A stretch of 64,000 nt of DNA, from the NCBI GenBank assembly GCA_964035545.1, contig OZ037767.1:28846628-28910627 (forward strand). Reading direction: 5' to 3'. Positions 14,501 to 26,862 of the stretch are shown here, piece after piece. The stretch comes from Bugula neritina. Lineage: Eukaryota > Animalia > Bryozoa. The stretch's first letter is position 1; each line of letters starts with the position of its first letter. Under the pieces are notes generated by a model. The model was not told the origin of the DNA. It ran no database searches and worked only from the letters and a program-made list of their open reading frames with translations. The position numbers and the translations under genes are program-made.

Positions 14501-17500
14501 CAAAGACAGCACAATGTTGGATGAAAACATATTCTCTTTGTCTTACTTACTGTTTACAGGCAAGCAAGGTGCATTATGGAATAGAGAAATGAATATTGAA
14601 TATACCAAAGTTCAACAACCTTTTATTTAAAGAAAGATAAAGGAAACCCCGCATTGTAGTCCAACTTATGGTGATTAGTCAGGAACTGAATAAATACTTT
14701 AACTAAATACAAAGGCAGGGGAACTATAGAAATGGAGCTATAAAGAAAGGAAAAACAAATCAATCCTTTTAACTAGCACGAACTAGTTATAATATTGACA
14801 CTAATTTCTAATCTTTTGAAACATTATGAAAAGCTTCAACAGAGATATTGTAACTATTTTCACTTTATAAAATTGCATGGATGGAATGAACTCCGAAAAT
14901 AAAACATACAACTCAAAGACAAGCACATATATTCCATACAGCAAAATATTATTACAGTAAACCTTGCTACATTCTCATGTAACTTATGACTAGTTAATAC
15001 TATTATAAATGGCAAAGGTAAGCATGGTAACTCCATCATAGTGATAGAGTAGTAATTACACTAACACATAATATATTGCAGTTAGTAGTACTACATTTGC
15101 TAGTTATCAATATTTTCTATAATCATTACAAAGTAAATTATAACAGGAGAAGCAGAAAACCAGAGTATAACTGAGTGTTGCAGCAAACCCAATGATATTC
15201 ACGAAGGCAACTGATATATCTTTATATCTCTACACTTATCACATGTAAAAATAAATAACAAACAGAAAGATAACTAATAGTAATAGTAATACTATTTAGT
15301 TACTATGATAGAGAGTCAGAGTGATTTTTTAAGCATTACCATGACTGAATCAGATGATCCATGAGTAACAGAAAGCCTAACTGATTGAAACAAAATGAAT
15401 ATTACTACTACTACTACTAGTACTGCTACTACTAGTACTATAAGTATATATACGTATATACTTATAGTATTAGTATATTGTGTTGATCCATTTTAAAAGT
15501 TGTGGAAACTTACTTTGAATTTCTGTTCAGAATCAGGATGAGGAGGTGAAACTGAATCAAAAGTCAAACTGGTGACATTTTCTTCAGAGAGTGGAGTGTG
15601 AGAATCAAAGTGATAAAACGGTGAGTTATCAAAATCCAACACGTAAGTCATATTGAAAATACTAGTAATCACAAGTTACTAACAAAGCAAGTTGAGAAAG
15701 AAGTAGTACATAGAAGTAAATATTCAAGCCTAAGCACTAGAGGCGGATCTGAGATAGATCTATCCAACCATAAAAGACTAGATGAATAAACATGCCCAAC
15801 AAGTTGACTCATCATTGTATATCGGTTAGCATTACACACGTGGTTATTAGCGCTAAGCTCCGCCCAGCCGACCAATCATCACTGATGAATCAAATCAGTT
15901 ACACTCATTCTATACTCCACGGGTGAAAGATAGTAATGAGTCATTGTCAAGTCTAGACATGTTTACTGTTAAAATGGCAGATATTGCCGCCATTAGCAAT
16001 ATAAAAAGAAATTTTATAGGAAGTAAAGCATTTAATGCCAGTTGTAAAGAAAGGAAGGCCGAACATAATACATTATATCAATATGAAAAACTCAGTTGCT
16101 AATAGCATTATGTTGCACAGATTGCTACTGCGAAAAACTGCAAAGCATGACTTAACTTTATAATTTAGTACAGCAATGACATGCACCAACACCAAATTAT
16201 AACTAACAAAAGTTTAAGCTTTCTCGTGTAAATTTTCAAGTGAATAAAATAAAATGGCAATCATATAATATTGCTATCGCATGCATCCAATTCTGCAATG
16301 GCACAAAATGATTAGCCTTTGAAGTACAAGAGCCAACTATTGGCTATAAGTATGGATCCACAAAAGTCATGCTAAGACTGGAGCTACGGGCTTCCCACAT
16401 TCAACTCAAAAAGTGTAGTTTTAAAAAAAACTTGTGAAATTTCAGCCACTTTAGAGGTAAGAAACAAGATGCAAACAAAAACAAGAAAAAACTAGCTGAT
16501 TTCACTGCACAAATTTACAAGAATCCACCAAAGAGCAGCTCTGGAAGCTATTCAGTAACCATACATATTACAGTAACTACACATATTACAACAACTATAC
16601 ATATATATTACAGCAACTATACATATATTTTACACCAACTATACATATATTTTACACCAACTATGCATATAAATTACAGCAACTACACGTATGTTGCTAT
16701 AACTATACATATATTACAGTAACTATACATATATACTATAGTAACTATGTATATATTATAGTAACTATGTATATATTACAGTAAATATGCATATATTACA
16801 GCACTAGGGGTTCTTACAGGGCTTGAGAATTAAGTATATTGACTGCAGTGTTTCAGAAACAAACTTAATGCTATGTCAAGTATCGGATATATCAAATTCA
16901 GATGTCAGGGAGGAGAATTACGTAGCTCACCTGTGCTAGCATCTGTTGCTGTGATTGTATGAGCAATGATTGAGGTAGAATTTGTCTAGGGACCGTGGTG
17001 TTTAGCGACAATTCACATTTGGTAACCTCGTTGCCATCAGAGCTTTCAAATGTGTAGATTTCAGGGCTTTCAATAATTTTGGTGAATCTAAAAGGAGCAT
17101 TTATATTGAAAAACAATGCGATTAAAGTAAACTTAGCTTTGACTACAACTTAAAGGTAGCTAAAACTTTCAAATGTTGAAAATGTGTGAAAGAAGTCAGT
17201 GGTCGATTTAACAATTGCTGGTAAGCATGCTGCAAACGAGTTATAAGATATTACACCCTTACAGAACTAATTTCCCCACAGCATAGTGATGAGTTCTAAC
17301 ACAATACCGGCAAAGATGGATACTGTGAGAAACGGTGAGAAATGGTCATCAGTTCTAAACTTTAGTTCAAGTTGGAAACTTGAAACTAGGTTTATTTTAG
17401 TATGAAGAGAAATATCTTTTTAAATACCATGATTATAATTAGGTTTTTGAAACATTTTGCTGTTATAAAAACTTGCAGCAATATAGTGAGGAAACAGAGA

Positions 17501-19940
17501 CAGTCTAATTTATAACAAATATAGCCAAGTTTTCAAAATCAAAACTTCATTTCTAACCAAAACTGCAACCTTCAAATAGCTTGTAGAATCGTGGAAAACG
17601 GCATCAACTGAAACTAATGTGTTATTTACCATATTTAATAGTTTGCCTTGGAAACCAATGCATACACTATACACTTGTGGCTCTACTCAGATTGACACAA
17701 TTGAAACTATGCTAGTTGTGGATATTAAAAACATTATTTTAAATTTTTCTACTTTTTAATACTATATTACCTGCAAGAAAATGAACAATTCAATGTTTTA
17801 GTTTTAATATTATATTACTAGTACACAGTATTCATTGGTGTTTTATAGATACCTTATAGAAAATGGTATGGTAAAGTTGATGATGTTAAACATAAAAAAA
17901 TGAAAAAAATAGCTGAATTTCTTTACATTAAACTGCTAATTTTACAAGTTTACTTTAATATACAGCAAAGCATGGATAGTAAATTTCAAGTAGTAAAAAG
18001 CAGCTAGAAACCGTAGATTGTTAGCTGTCTAGCACATTGCAGTCAGTATTAGGATTCTGTCTTCTCATTTGATCCGGAGTACATTTCTCAGATAGTGGTG
18101 ATGGAAGCTGCTTAGTTGCTTTTCCTGAGTGGCGTAGGATGTCCAAGTTTTGCTAGAATAGAGTAGTGTGAACAATACGCATGCTCTGTATACATGCATC
18201 TTGGTGTTTGCTTACATGATGCTATTAGCCCACAATTACTTAAGTCGCTTGGACATTACTGCGGAAGCATTGACAATCTTTGGGTTGATCTCAGGCTCAA
18301 GGGAAAAATTTGTGCTGATACACCAGATAGAGAAATCTGTCAACCGAGTTGAACTCCTGACTTTTTATACAGATGCTTAGATGTGAGTCAGGACTCAGTC
18401 TCACTACTTCAGTCTTTTTTATGCTGATAGTAAAAGATTATAAAGCCCGAGTAGTCACAAACAGAAGCCAGATGGTTGATTAGCTTTTGAAATGCTTTCT
18501 ATGTGTGTGTTGCTAGAGCGGCATTATCTAGGTGTTGGCTCATAATCTGGCAAGGTTGTACAGCCTATTGTCAGACATGGTGTGTAGGTAGACTCCATTT
18601 TTTTTGTTATGGAAGGCCTTGGCCAAGAACATTAAAAAGAAGATTCCAAAGAAGGTTAGGGCCAGTACGTAGCCCTCCTTGACCTGTCATTAAATCAGAT
18701 CTAATGTTGAATCATTGTAACTCATGTGTGCTGAGCATATCTGCATGAAAGAACATGATGATAGAGTGCAGCTTGGGGAGAGGAACAGCCAATATTTTTC
18801 AGGATTTAAATTAGACCACTTCTGCTGATGAGATCAAGTGACTTCTAGATTTATGAAGGTAAGGAAAAGTGGCTTGTTTTATTTTGTTACTGTCTCACAA
18901 AGAAGATCATGCCAGTGTCAGAACTCCATCACTGCGCAATTGATAAGAAAAAGTTTTATACTGACATTTTACACCATAATCATTTTTATTTACTAATAAT
19001 TTACTCCATTACCAGACTGATCTAACTTTTAGAGCAGTGTTACTGTTAGTTACTTAATAGTAACACTAATTATTTCAATCTTCAGTGTAGAATAAGACTA
19101 ACTCAAATTATGAATTTGTCTTCCTATTCAATTATTGTTGAGTAAAATTAATCAAATTTAAACGAATGATTATGATATTAATTCAAAATTTATCAAATTT
19201 ATATAGTAATAATACAATTATGAATTATATTCAATTTTATATCGTTTATAATTATTTTTAACAAACAACTTCATAAAACTAATACTTACGGTAATACTAA
19301 TCATAACTATACTAATAACTATACTAAGTCTAATGGCAATGCTAATTCTAATAGTAATTGTAATACTAATAGACTATTGGTAAATGTAGTAATAATACTA
19401 ATACTTAATAGTAATAACACTAATAGTATTATTACATTCTGATTTACTATTACTATTAGTATTGCTTAGTATTACTATTAGTATTAGTATTACTATTACT
19501 AATAGTAATACTAATACTAATAGTATTAGTATTGGTATTAGATTTCATTATGACTCATCGCTAATTAGTAATTACACTGATGAGTGATGACTATCTCTAT
19601 CACTGACTATAAGTTTGAGTAGTCACCTTTCACCGCCGTGACTATAAGTTTGAGTAAAACTAAAAATAAGATTAAATGTTATCAACTAAAAGCAAAAGTA
19701 AAACAAATTGAAATTGAAATTGAAAATTTGAAACATTTTTTATAACTTAAACTTAAGTAAAAGTGTGTAAATAAATGTCTTATAATGAATTTAAAATACT
19801 TACTCAACAGTTGAATCTTGTTTCAAAGAATCTAATAGTTGAGTATATGTTTCTTGGCTTAATATTCTCATAGATTCATCGCAGGATTCTGTTCCACTTC
19901 CAGCTCCAGCGCTCAAACTCAAGTTAAGAGCCATATTCAT
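5596..19940 (-). CDS. TP73: p53/p63/p73-family transcription factor, full-length TA-alpha-like isoform (TAD, DBD, oligomerisation domain, SAM, TID/HOMO), 12 coding exons, 629 aa
   Basis: Exons 19940-19804, 17087-16931, 11525-11410, 11222-11144, 10775-10592, 10302-10086, 9892-9678, 9308-9143, 6903-6742, 6604-6502, 6272-6051, 5727-5596 sum to 1890 nt in frame. Motifs: LSQETY (box I), TKSTAWT, VVKRCPNH, CLNSCVGGPNRR, LRICACPGRDR, FTLKVKGRRNYEVL (OD), SVAEWLQKLGLGAYIDNF (SAM), PGLFEFTRCSMK (TID/HOMO-like). The symbol marks a co-ortholog of TP53/TP63/TP73. Confidence 0.93.
8280..8322 (-). CDS. Candidate alternative terminal exon of the p53-family gene (SAM-less isoform ending ...DDIMEVSADSTGFE*)
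   Basis: Acceptor ctcattctgcctccatgttttag, phase 2 matching the OD exon end at 9143, 13 further codons then TGA; minus-strand ATTAAA at 7812-7817. Confidence 0.45.
9517..9672. repeat. 20-bp minisatellite (tagccctaggaactagaaga) starting right at an intron donor
   Basis: About 7 tandem copies visible. Confidence 0.9.
11698..12358. repeat. ~18-19-bp AT-rich minisatellite (gacatgtagtatattatat variants)
   Basis: Dozens of degenerate tandem copies. Confidence 0.92.
12980..13039 (-). CDS. Candidate alternative first coding exon (DeltaN isoform B: MCKPGVSDGNGAIPESTTNG) of the p53-family gene
   Basis: ATG at 13039, exactly 20 codons, donor GG|gtatgt, phase 0 matching the exon starting at 11525; 240-415 bp downstream of a p53RE/CCAAT cluster. 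Confidence 0.6.
13279..13454. promoter_or_regulatory. Intronic promoter with p53-family response elements and CCAAT boxes
   Basis: AAACATGCCC-AAACATGTCA at 13279-13298 (19/20 to RRRCWWGYYY x2); AAACTTGCCT-GAACAAGTTT at 13435-13454 (20/20, no spacer); half-site AAACTTGCCC 13339-13348; CCAAT 13351-13355; ATTGG 13420-13424. Confidence 0.8.
13780..13980. repeat. Degenerate gtactgta/gtagtgtt minisatellite
   Basis: Visible tandem units. Confidence 0.8.
15514..15651 (-). CDS. Candidate alternative first coding exon (DeltaN isoform A: MTYVLDFDNSPFYHF...EQKFK, 46 aa) of the p53-family gene
   Basis: ATG at 15651, 46 open codons ending exactly at an AAA|gtaagt donor, phase 0 matching the exon starting at 11525; promoter motifs directly upstream. 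Confidence 0.7.
15788..15964. promoter_or_regulatory. Second intronic promoter with p53-family response element
   Basis: TGTCAAGTCT-AGACATGTTT at 15945-15964 (18/20, both CWWG cores, no spacer); perfect half-site AAACATGCCC 15788-15797; GC-box-like ctccgccc and CCAAT 15872-15876. Confidence 0.62.
16560..16800. repeat. AT-rich minisatellite (acagtaactatacatatatt variants)
   Basis: Visible tandem units. Confidence 0.85.
18050..18700 (+). mobile_element. Heavily decayed non-LTR (RTE-like) retrotransposon remnant in intron 1 of the p53-family gene
   Basis: GC-richer block; ORF 18168-18380 reads LVFAYMMLLAH...IFGLIS...K, resembling the RTE RT motifs LLFADDxxLxAH and FGLxIS. Confidence 0.45.
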
Positions 19941-21602
19941 ATTAATATTGCTCTCTCATTAGAGAACTAAAAGTAAAAGCAAGCTATTGTTTTACTTGAG
20001 TAGATACAGTATATTCAGATTCTGCACAGATATAAGTATTGCTGTTAGCGTTATAATTATTGCTTTGCTCAGAATACCGCAGTGAGAACTAGAAGTCATG
20101 AATGAAATAACATGTTCTGCAAAACAATAATGATTGGCGAGCATGGACAAACTGTGTTAGGCGAAGGTCAGGAAATAGCCACCTATTATTTGGCGAAAAG
20201 AGTCGAACGTTGTAATTCAGGTAAATCCCGCCGTAGATATAGCACGCGGGTGTGTCTCTATAATAATAACAATAATAAGATAATACATAATTATTTTACT
20301 ACCATGCGTCTTTGGTTATCGCTATTATTGTATTATTGTGCTATTAGCTCCACGGTGATATATTTTCTTTGGAGTCATCTCCTATTTGATTGATGGCTAA
20401 TAAAATTTGCAAGCTTGACTCGCCAAATCTTGCTCAGCGTTCTGATACAATTTCACATAACTATTAATATTACCTTATAACATAGCTGATAGAAAGTAAA
20501 ATCGTTCACAGGCTACACAGCTCAGCTTTGGTTTTTTTAAATTTTCAAAACCCTGAAATTCACTTTTGACCTCAACTTTAATTAACTTAAGAGTGAGATT
20601 CAACGACGTGTTTGTTCTTCTGTCTATGTTTAATTCTATGACAATACAATTAATATAAATATAGGTCTCGATTTATTATCACCACTAATAGTATTACTGA
20701 TAGTTATATTTATACAACTTGAACTTTGAAGTTGAACTTGTACTTGACCTTGTACTTGTAGGACTACTACTACTAGTACTAGTACTAGTAGTAGTAGTTG
20801 TACTTCACTAAACTTGAACTTGAAGTAAAACCTTTAACTTTTAGTTTTGAATTTAAAGATTTGTTTTGATCATTAAGTTTTATGTTGATAAATAATAATT
20901 ATAAATAAAATTAGAAATTACTATTCGTGTTTCTCCTTTTTTCTGCTGTAAGACTTAAACTTAAAGTTGATTGCTCAGTGACTGAGTCTGGGGCTCAAGC
21001 TGAGTGAGCCTCACAGCTGATTTTATTTTTGGTACATAGTGATAGTAATACTAATAGTATTAGTACTAGTACTACTAGTAAAATGATCACTAGGCACTGA
21101 GTCTCTACTTTTAGTAGTTACAAGCATAATTTTAATTTTTATATCATTATCATTATGATATTCATACTCATGTACAACTGCAACGTTGCACATTTTTCAG
21201 TGAGCTAGACTTGGAAAGTTAGAGTTTTTAAATTAAATTTTGACAACAGCTTTTACGTAGTAAGCAGGCAACTTTTTTGTTTTATGCAGCTCACACTTGG
21301 CCAAAGAGCTGCTTGTTGATTTTGCCTTGCTGTTCATCTTAAATTTAGGAAATAATCATAATAGAATTAGAATACTCTAATTTGATGTGTTAATATTAAC
21401 TGATGTTTTGATATTCAATTCATTTTCATAATTAAAATTTATAGTACATTTTACTTAGTTTCATGTCACGATGGAAGTAATTTTATTTGTTGTAGAACTA
21501 TACATAGTATTCTTAAATTGAAGTAAGTTGCTGAGGTACTACATGCTGAACTACAGTTTTTATTCTATATTTATTTTAGCATCTCTTTGACATATCAATA
21601 TA

Positions 21603-24600
21603 ATGGACTTTTCTGAATTGTTCAAGCAAACAGGACAACTCTGTTCTATTTCATACAATGGCATGTACTTGGTAAGTTCTTTTTACACCAGCTAAAGGAT
21701 TTTTGGTCTGGACCCTGTTCCAGAGGAGAGCTAAGTTCAGTTCACATTTACAAGAGTGCTTGCTAATGCATGTAATTAAAAGTCAAGTAATATGCTAGAC
21801 ATGTGAAGTTTGTTCAACTTGACTCTGCATCATTAAAAATTTAGGCAAGATCAATGTAATGTTACGAAATAGGATGTTTACGGAAATTATAACTGGTAGT
21901 ACAATCACACACAATCGCAATGTCATCAACCTCAAATTAGCCTAACCACTAGCTGCCAGTAGTCAACCTAATGCTTCTTTAATTACTACCCCAAAACAGT
22001 AGCTACGCATGTAGAATGATTCATAGTCAGCAGTTGTGCTTGCATCAGCTGTGATGTCACACATGCTTGTTTACTTCAGCCCACTTCTTGAAACAGTAAG
22101 ATCCTACCCCAAAATAGTAAATTGTAAAATCATACCTCTTACAACACAATAATGTTTATCAAATGGATTAGTATATAAGACAAAACCATTTTTAGTAGTT
22201 ACAATATTGTTAGAGTCATGCTGTCAGTTTGGACAGCATCAAATTTATGTAAGACTACCAAAGAGTAGCATTATTTGAAAGACTGTGCAAAGCCACAGCA
22301 TCAACATAACAGTAGACTAGGAGAGAGAAAAGAGGTAATAAACTTCTATTTGCAATTATATATCGTTATTACATTTTTTATGTTATAAAGTTTTTAATAA
22401 TATGGGCTGTAGTTGCATGCTATGTTGAATCATTATTTCATGCTGCTATCTACAATTTATGATATACATTGCTAGTGCTTTTACATACATACTTATTATA
22501 TTACATACATTTTGTTTGCGTTAATATTAATACCATTATGCCTTATGTTGTATCATTATTATTTTAGTTTTTACGGTCAGTATTTGGCGACTCAAATAAA
22601 CTCTGATCACGTCTAAAACCCTCCCTATTCCTAGTCAGGCTGTATAAGCTAGAGTGTCACTCTAAAGCAAGAATCATAGCAAAGAGTGTCATTCTATAAT
22701 CAACTATAATCTCAGGGCTATCTGAGAGATTTAAAGATTATTGTTATGGTAACATGTTTACAAATGTGTTTTTCAAATCAATAAAGTTATTTTTTACAGG
22801 CCAATGCTGTTCAATACAAGCTAATAATTCGAGATTACTCCACTCTACAGATTGTAAACTTATTCACTAATCTGGATGCTATACAGAACATCGAGGTGGG
22901 TAAACACTGCTAATAAGTGTAACGATGTTAGTGTAACTTAGTATTGTAATGTAGTATAATCTAGTATGCTAGTGTAGTATAACAAAGTATTATTGTGCAG
23001 TGTAACAGAGTATAATATTATTTTTCATGCTTATTTTTACTGCCTTGTAGTGGTCCCCCGATTCGCAATTTATTATGTGTGTTATGAAGAAACGAGGTCT
23101 CATTCAGGTAAGTTTAATGTATGTGATTTGTATTGTGTATGAGACTTGGGGCTGTATGTTGAATGTACAATTATGATTTCTCAATATTCTCATTCAGTTT
23201 TTCTGTTTGAGTTCAGTATGGCATCTATGACCTCATGACGCATACTACAAGGTCATCTGACTATTCTACTATAGGTCTGGTCGCTAGCTGAACCTGATTG
23301 GACGTGTAAGATCGACGAGGGGTCAGCAGGGCTGCAGGCAGCGAGATGGAGTCCAGACAGCAGGCATATACTCACCACGTCTGAGTTCTTTGTAAGTACT
23401 GGCTACCCAGTAAGTGGTGACAACTCCTCACATAGCTACTTGTTACAATAGAGAACAACTTCACCACTTATTGTACACAGTCATGCTTTGATCCTGTTGA
23501 TTGTTTCAGTTGCGTATGACAGTATGGTCACTGGTGGACAAGAGTGTGTCTTATATTAAATACCCTAAAGACTGCCAGAATGGTGTCGACTTTACTCGAA
23601 GTGGTAAATACATGGCTCTTGCGGAGAGGAGGGAGTTAAAAGACTGTATCAGTATATTTACCTGCAGCACATGGCAACTGGTTAAAGTAAGTGGTATTGG
23701 CATGTTGGGCACTGTAGTAACTAACTCTAGTCCGGTACTATATGTAACTGTAATAACTAACTCTAGTTGGGTACTATATGTAACTGTAATAACTAACTCT
23801 AGTTGGGTACTATATGTAACTGTAATAACTAGCTGCAGTATGCAGTGCAAGAGTTATACTATATATAGTAACTAACTTCAGTGCATAGTGCAAAATGTTA
23901 GGCTGTATAACTGTAATAACTGACTCTAGTACACAGTATAAGAGTTATGCTGTAGAGAACTCATTCATTCTGTTTCCAGCATTCACTCAACTCCCGTATG
24001 TAGACTTAGTTTATAGTAGCTAATACAATGCAGCCGTATTATGATGCAAACATATTTTCCGAGTTCAATCATAAATAATGGAGTTACAGCTTGTCATTAC
24101 TCTCAATCATGCTCTAGGCTAGAACTACATATTGACTGCTGGTATATACATTATAGAATATGACATGGGTTTGTGTTTGCAGCACTTTGAGACAGAGACA
24201 GAGGATATGGCTGGTGTGAGGTGGTCCCCTGATGGGGAGGTTCTCTGTGTTTGGGAATCTAGTCTGTCTTATAAAGTACTATTGTACTCTCTTGACGGAC
24301 GACTCATGTCTAGTTACAGCGCATACGAACATGCCCTCGGCATCAAGTCTCTGGATTGGTCACCTTCGGCTCAGTTCCTCGCCATAGGCAGCTATGACAA
24401 GAAGGTGTGTAACAGACACCTGATGACTGGTGTCAGATAGAATATACAAATAACTGTCGTTTATGCATCAGTTTTACCCTGTCTTATATAGAGTATAACT
24501 GTATTTTGTCAGGTTTAAGCATGTCTGAAAACTTTGATAACTTTATGATTGCATTTCAGTTTTTTCAGGTTTAATTTATATTAATAATAATATGTTATGC

Positions 24601-26862
24601 TACTACTTCATATTGGTATTTGGGTTTAGAAATTAACCTTAAGAGATTAAGAGACTGTCTCTACTTTGAAAATTGTAGGACAGTAAGCTGTTTTATTAAA
24701 ATTTTATTTTATAGTTTATGAAACAGATGTTAAACTATTTAATTAATTTGAACATATTTAGCATAAAATACTTATTGTTCACTATTGAACTTTTCACTAT
24801 TATACTATACCCCAAGGAGTACTACTTCTAATTTTATGCTGTAGTACTGTGCTATATATATTTAATGCTCACTAGTTTTCTGCAGTTTTTAGATTATATA
24901 TTTTTTTAGTTGAGGATCCTGAACCACATGACTTGGAGGTGTGTGACGACATTCTCCCACCCAACCAAATTAGAACGAAAACAGAAACTCGTTGTTTATA
25001 AAGAATGTGAAGAAATCAGTAAAGCAGAGACCAATGAAAAATTTCCCGAAGGACCATTTTTTAATACTATGACTAAATGTAAGCATTACTCAACTACACC
25101 TTTCCGTCACCTTCAATTGACCTTTCTATGACCTTCAGTTAATCTTTTAATTTTTAGTTGGGTGAAATAAATTATATCCACTAGAACTGAACAAAGGCTA
25201 TTTAACAAAAAATAACAGATATAAGAATATTTTAATACTGCATAAGCCAAGTGTGTCACACACTCTTACTATAGTAATATTGCATATACATCAACAAATG
25301 TTTCTAGTAAATATTGAGAATCGTCAATTTCCTGCTTTTTACAACTGCAATAGAAAAACAACTATCCGATTATTACAGTGCTTGCTAATTAGTGAGAAAA
25401 TTTAAAAAAAAAAATGTGGTTAGTCTATTACAATAGCAAATTATAAAATAAAGTTGTTGTAGCTAATTATATTTGTTACACTTGTATATGCCCAGGAACA
25501 TTTGATAAAAATTTACTTTGCAATTTATCCTCGAGTGAACAGATCTGCATTGGAAATAGATATAATTGCATGATTGTGTTCATACTATATAAATTTGTTG
25601 TTAGATGAAATTTGTAAAGATGAAGTTATCCACCTTACTGATGTTAAACCAGACCCCAAGAAAGCTAATCCCAAGGTTGGACCCAGCCAGGTTGCCTTCA
25701 GTCCAGATAACAGATACGTTTTCTCTCGAAACGGTACGCATGCAGTTTTTCTGTTGGCAAAATAATACATTGTATAGCTTATTAGGATATGGTGTACTCG
25801 TGTGCTCTAGTCTTGATAAATGATATAGAAATGTGAATATTAAGTATATGTAATTGAGTTTATACAATTTTCATTTGAGTTTCAAACTCAAAATGTGACA
25901 TTTGTTTAGATTTTACTAAAGTCCAATAGTTTAATGAAATCGCGAATAATTTTTCTCTTGATTGTCAGACAACATGCCGAATGCTCTGTGGGTGTGGGAT
26001 GTGGAAAACATCAGGCAGTGTGCACTACTGAACAACATTTCAACCATCAAGTGTAAGTTGTGGGTCAATTGTATGTTATAGGTCAAATGTAAGTTTATAT
26101 TTTGAGTGAAAATTATATATTTAATGTAAATTATAGGTCAAGTGTATGTTACAAGTCAACTGTAAGCTTCATATCGTGTTTTTTATTGAAAGTAAGCATA
26201 TATTATATGTGTATGTAATGATATCTATCCTTACTCTCTAAAGAATATATTTAGGCCTATTTATAGATTATTAAAAAATTGTTTTCAAACAAGTATACGC
26301 TGTACCTCAGTCGTGATATTGACTACAGACAATCATAGTAAAAGCTCAAGCTATATCTCTCGCTGTAACAGGTGTGAAATGGGATCCCACTCAATCTCGC
26401 TTGGCATTTTGCACAGGAAGTAAGAAAGTATATATGTGGTCTCCGGCTGGTGCTTTGGTGGTGGAGATCCCCATTGAAAGTGAGTATGAAGCTCCATATC
26501 ATGTTTTACGTTATATTACTGCTGTAAGAGTTCAAACCCTCTTACTGATGTGTCATTCTCTCATACATAGAGCTACTTGGTTAAGTGTATCATCTTGCGT
26601 TTCTTGTTTGTACATTGGACAAGTGTGGATCTAGATGCTGGTGATTTATCAGAAATATTGTATGTCAAATATGTGTGTAAAATTATGAAAGTTGCATTCT
26701 TCATCAATAAAATCTTTCAAACTGCATGCACCAACACTGGTGTACAGAATATGACTCTTTCTAGGAGAGTTTCTAGTCACGAGGTTGGCATGGCATATGG
26801 ACGGAAAGTCTCTGTTGCTAATGGGCAAAGATGAGATGTGTGTTTGTTACCTTCAGGAATGA
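21603..26862 (+). CDS. WRAP73: WD-repeat protein WRAP73/WDR8, 11 coding exons
   Basis: Exons 21603-21671, 22800-22895, 23051-23107, 23275-23391, 23510-23686, 24183-24404, 24910-25078, 25605-25733, 25969-26052, 26372-26479, 26765-26862. Recognisable peptides [74 protein letters not shown]. Confidence 0.95.
23711..23832. repeat. 36-bp tandem repeat (about 3 copies) in a WRAP73 intron
   Basis: actgtaataactaactctagttgggtactatatgta repeated. Confidence 0.85.
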
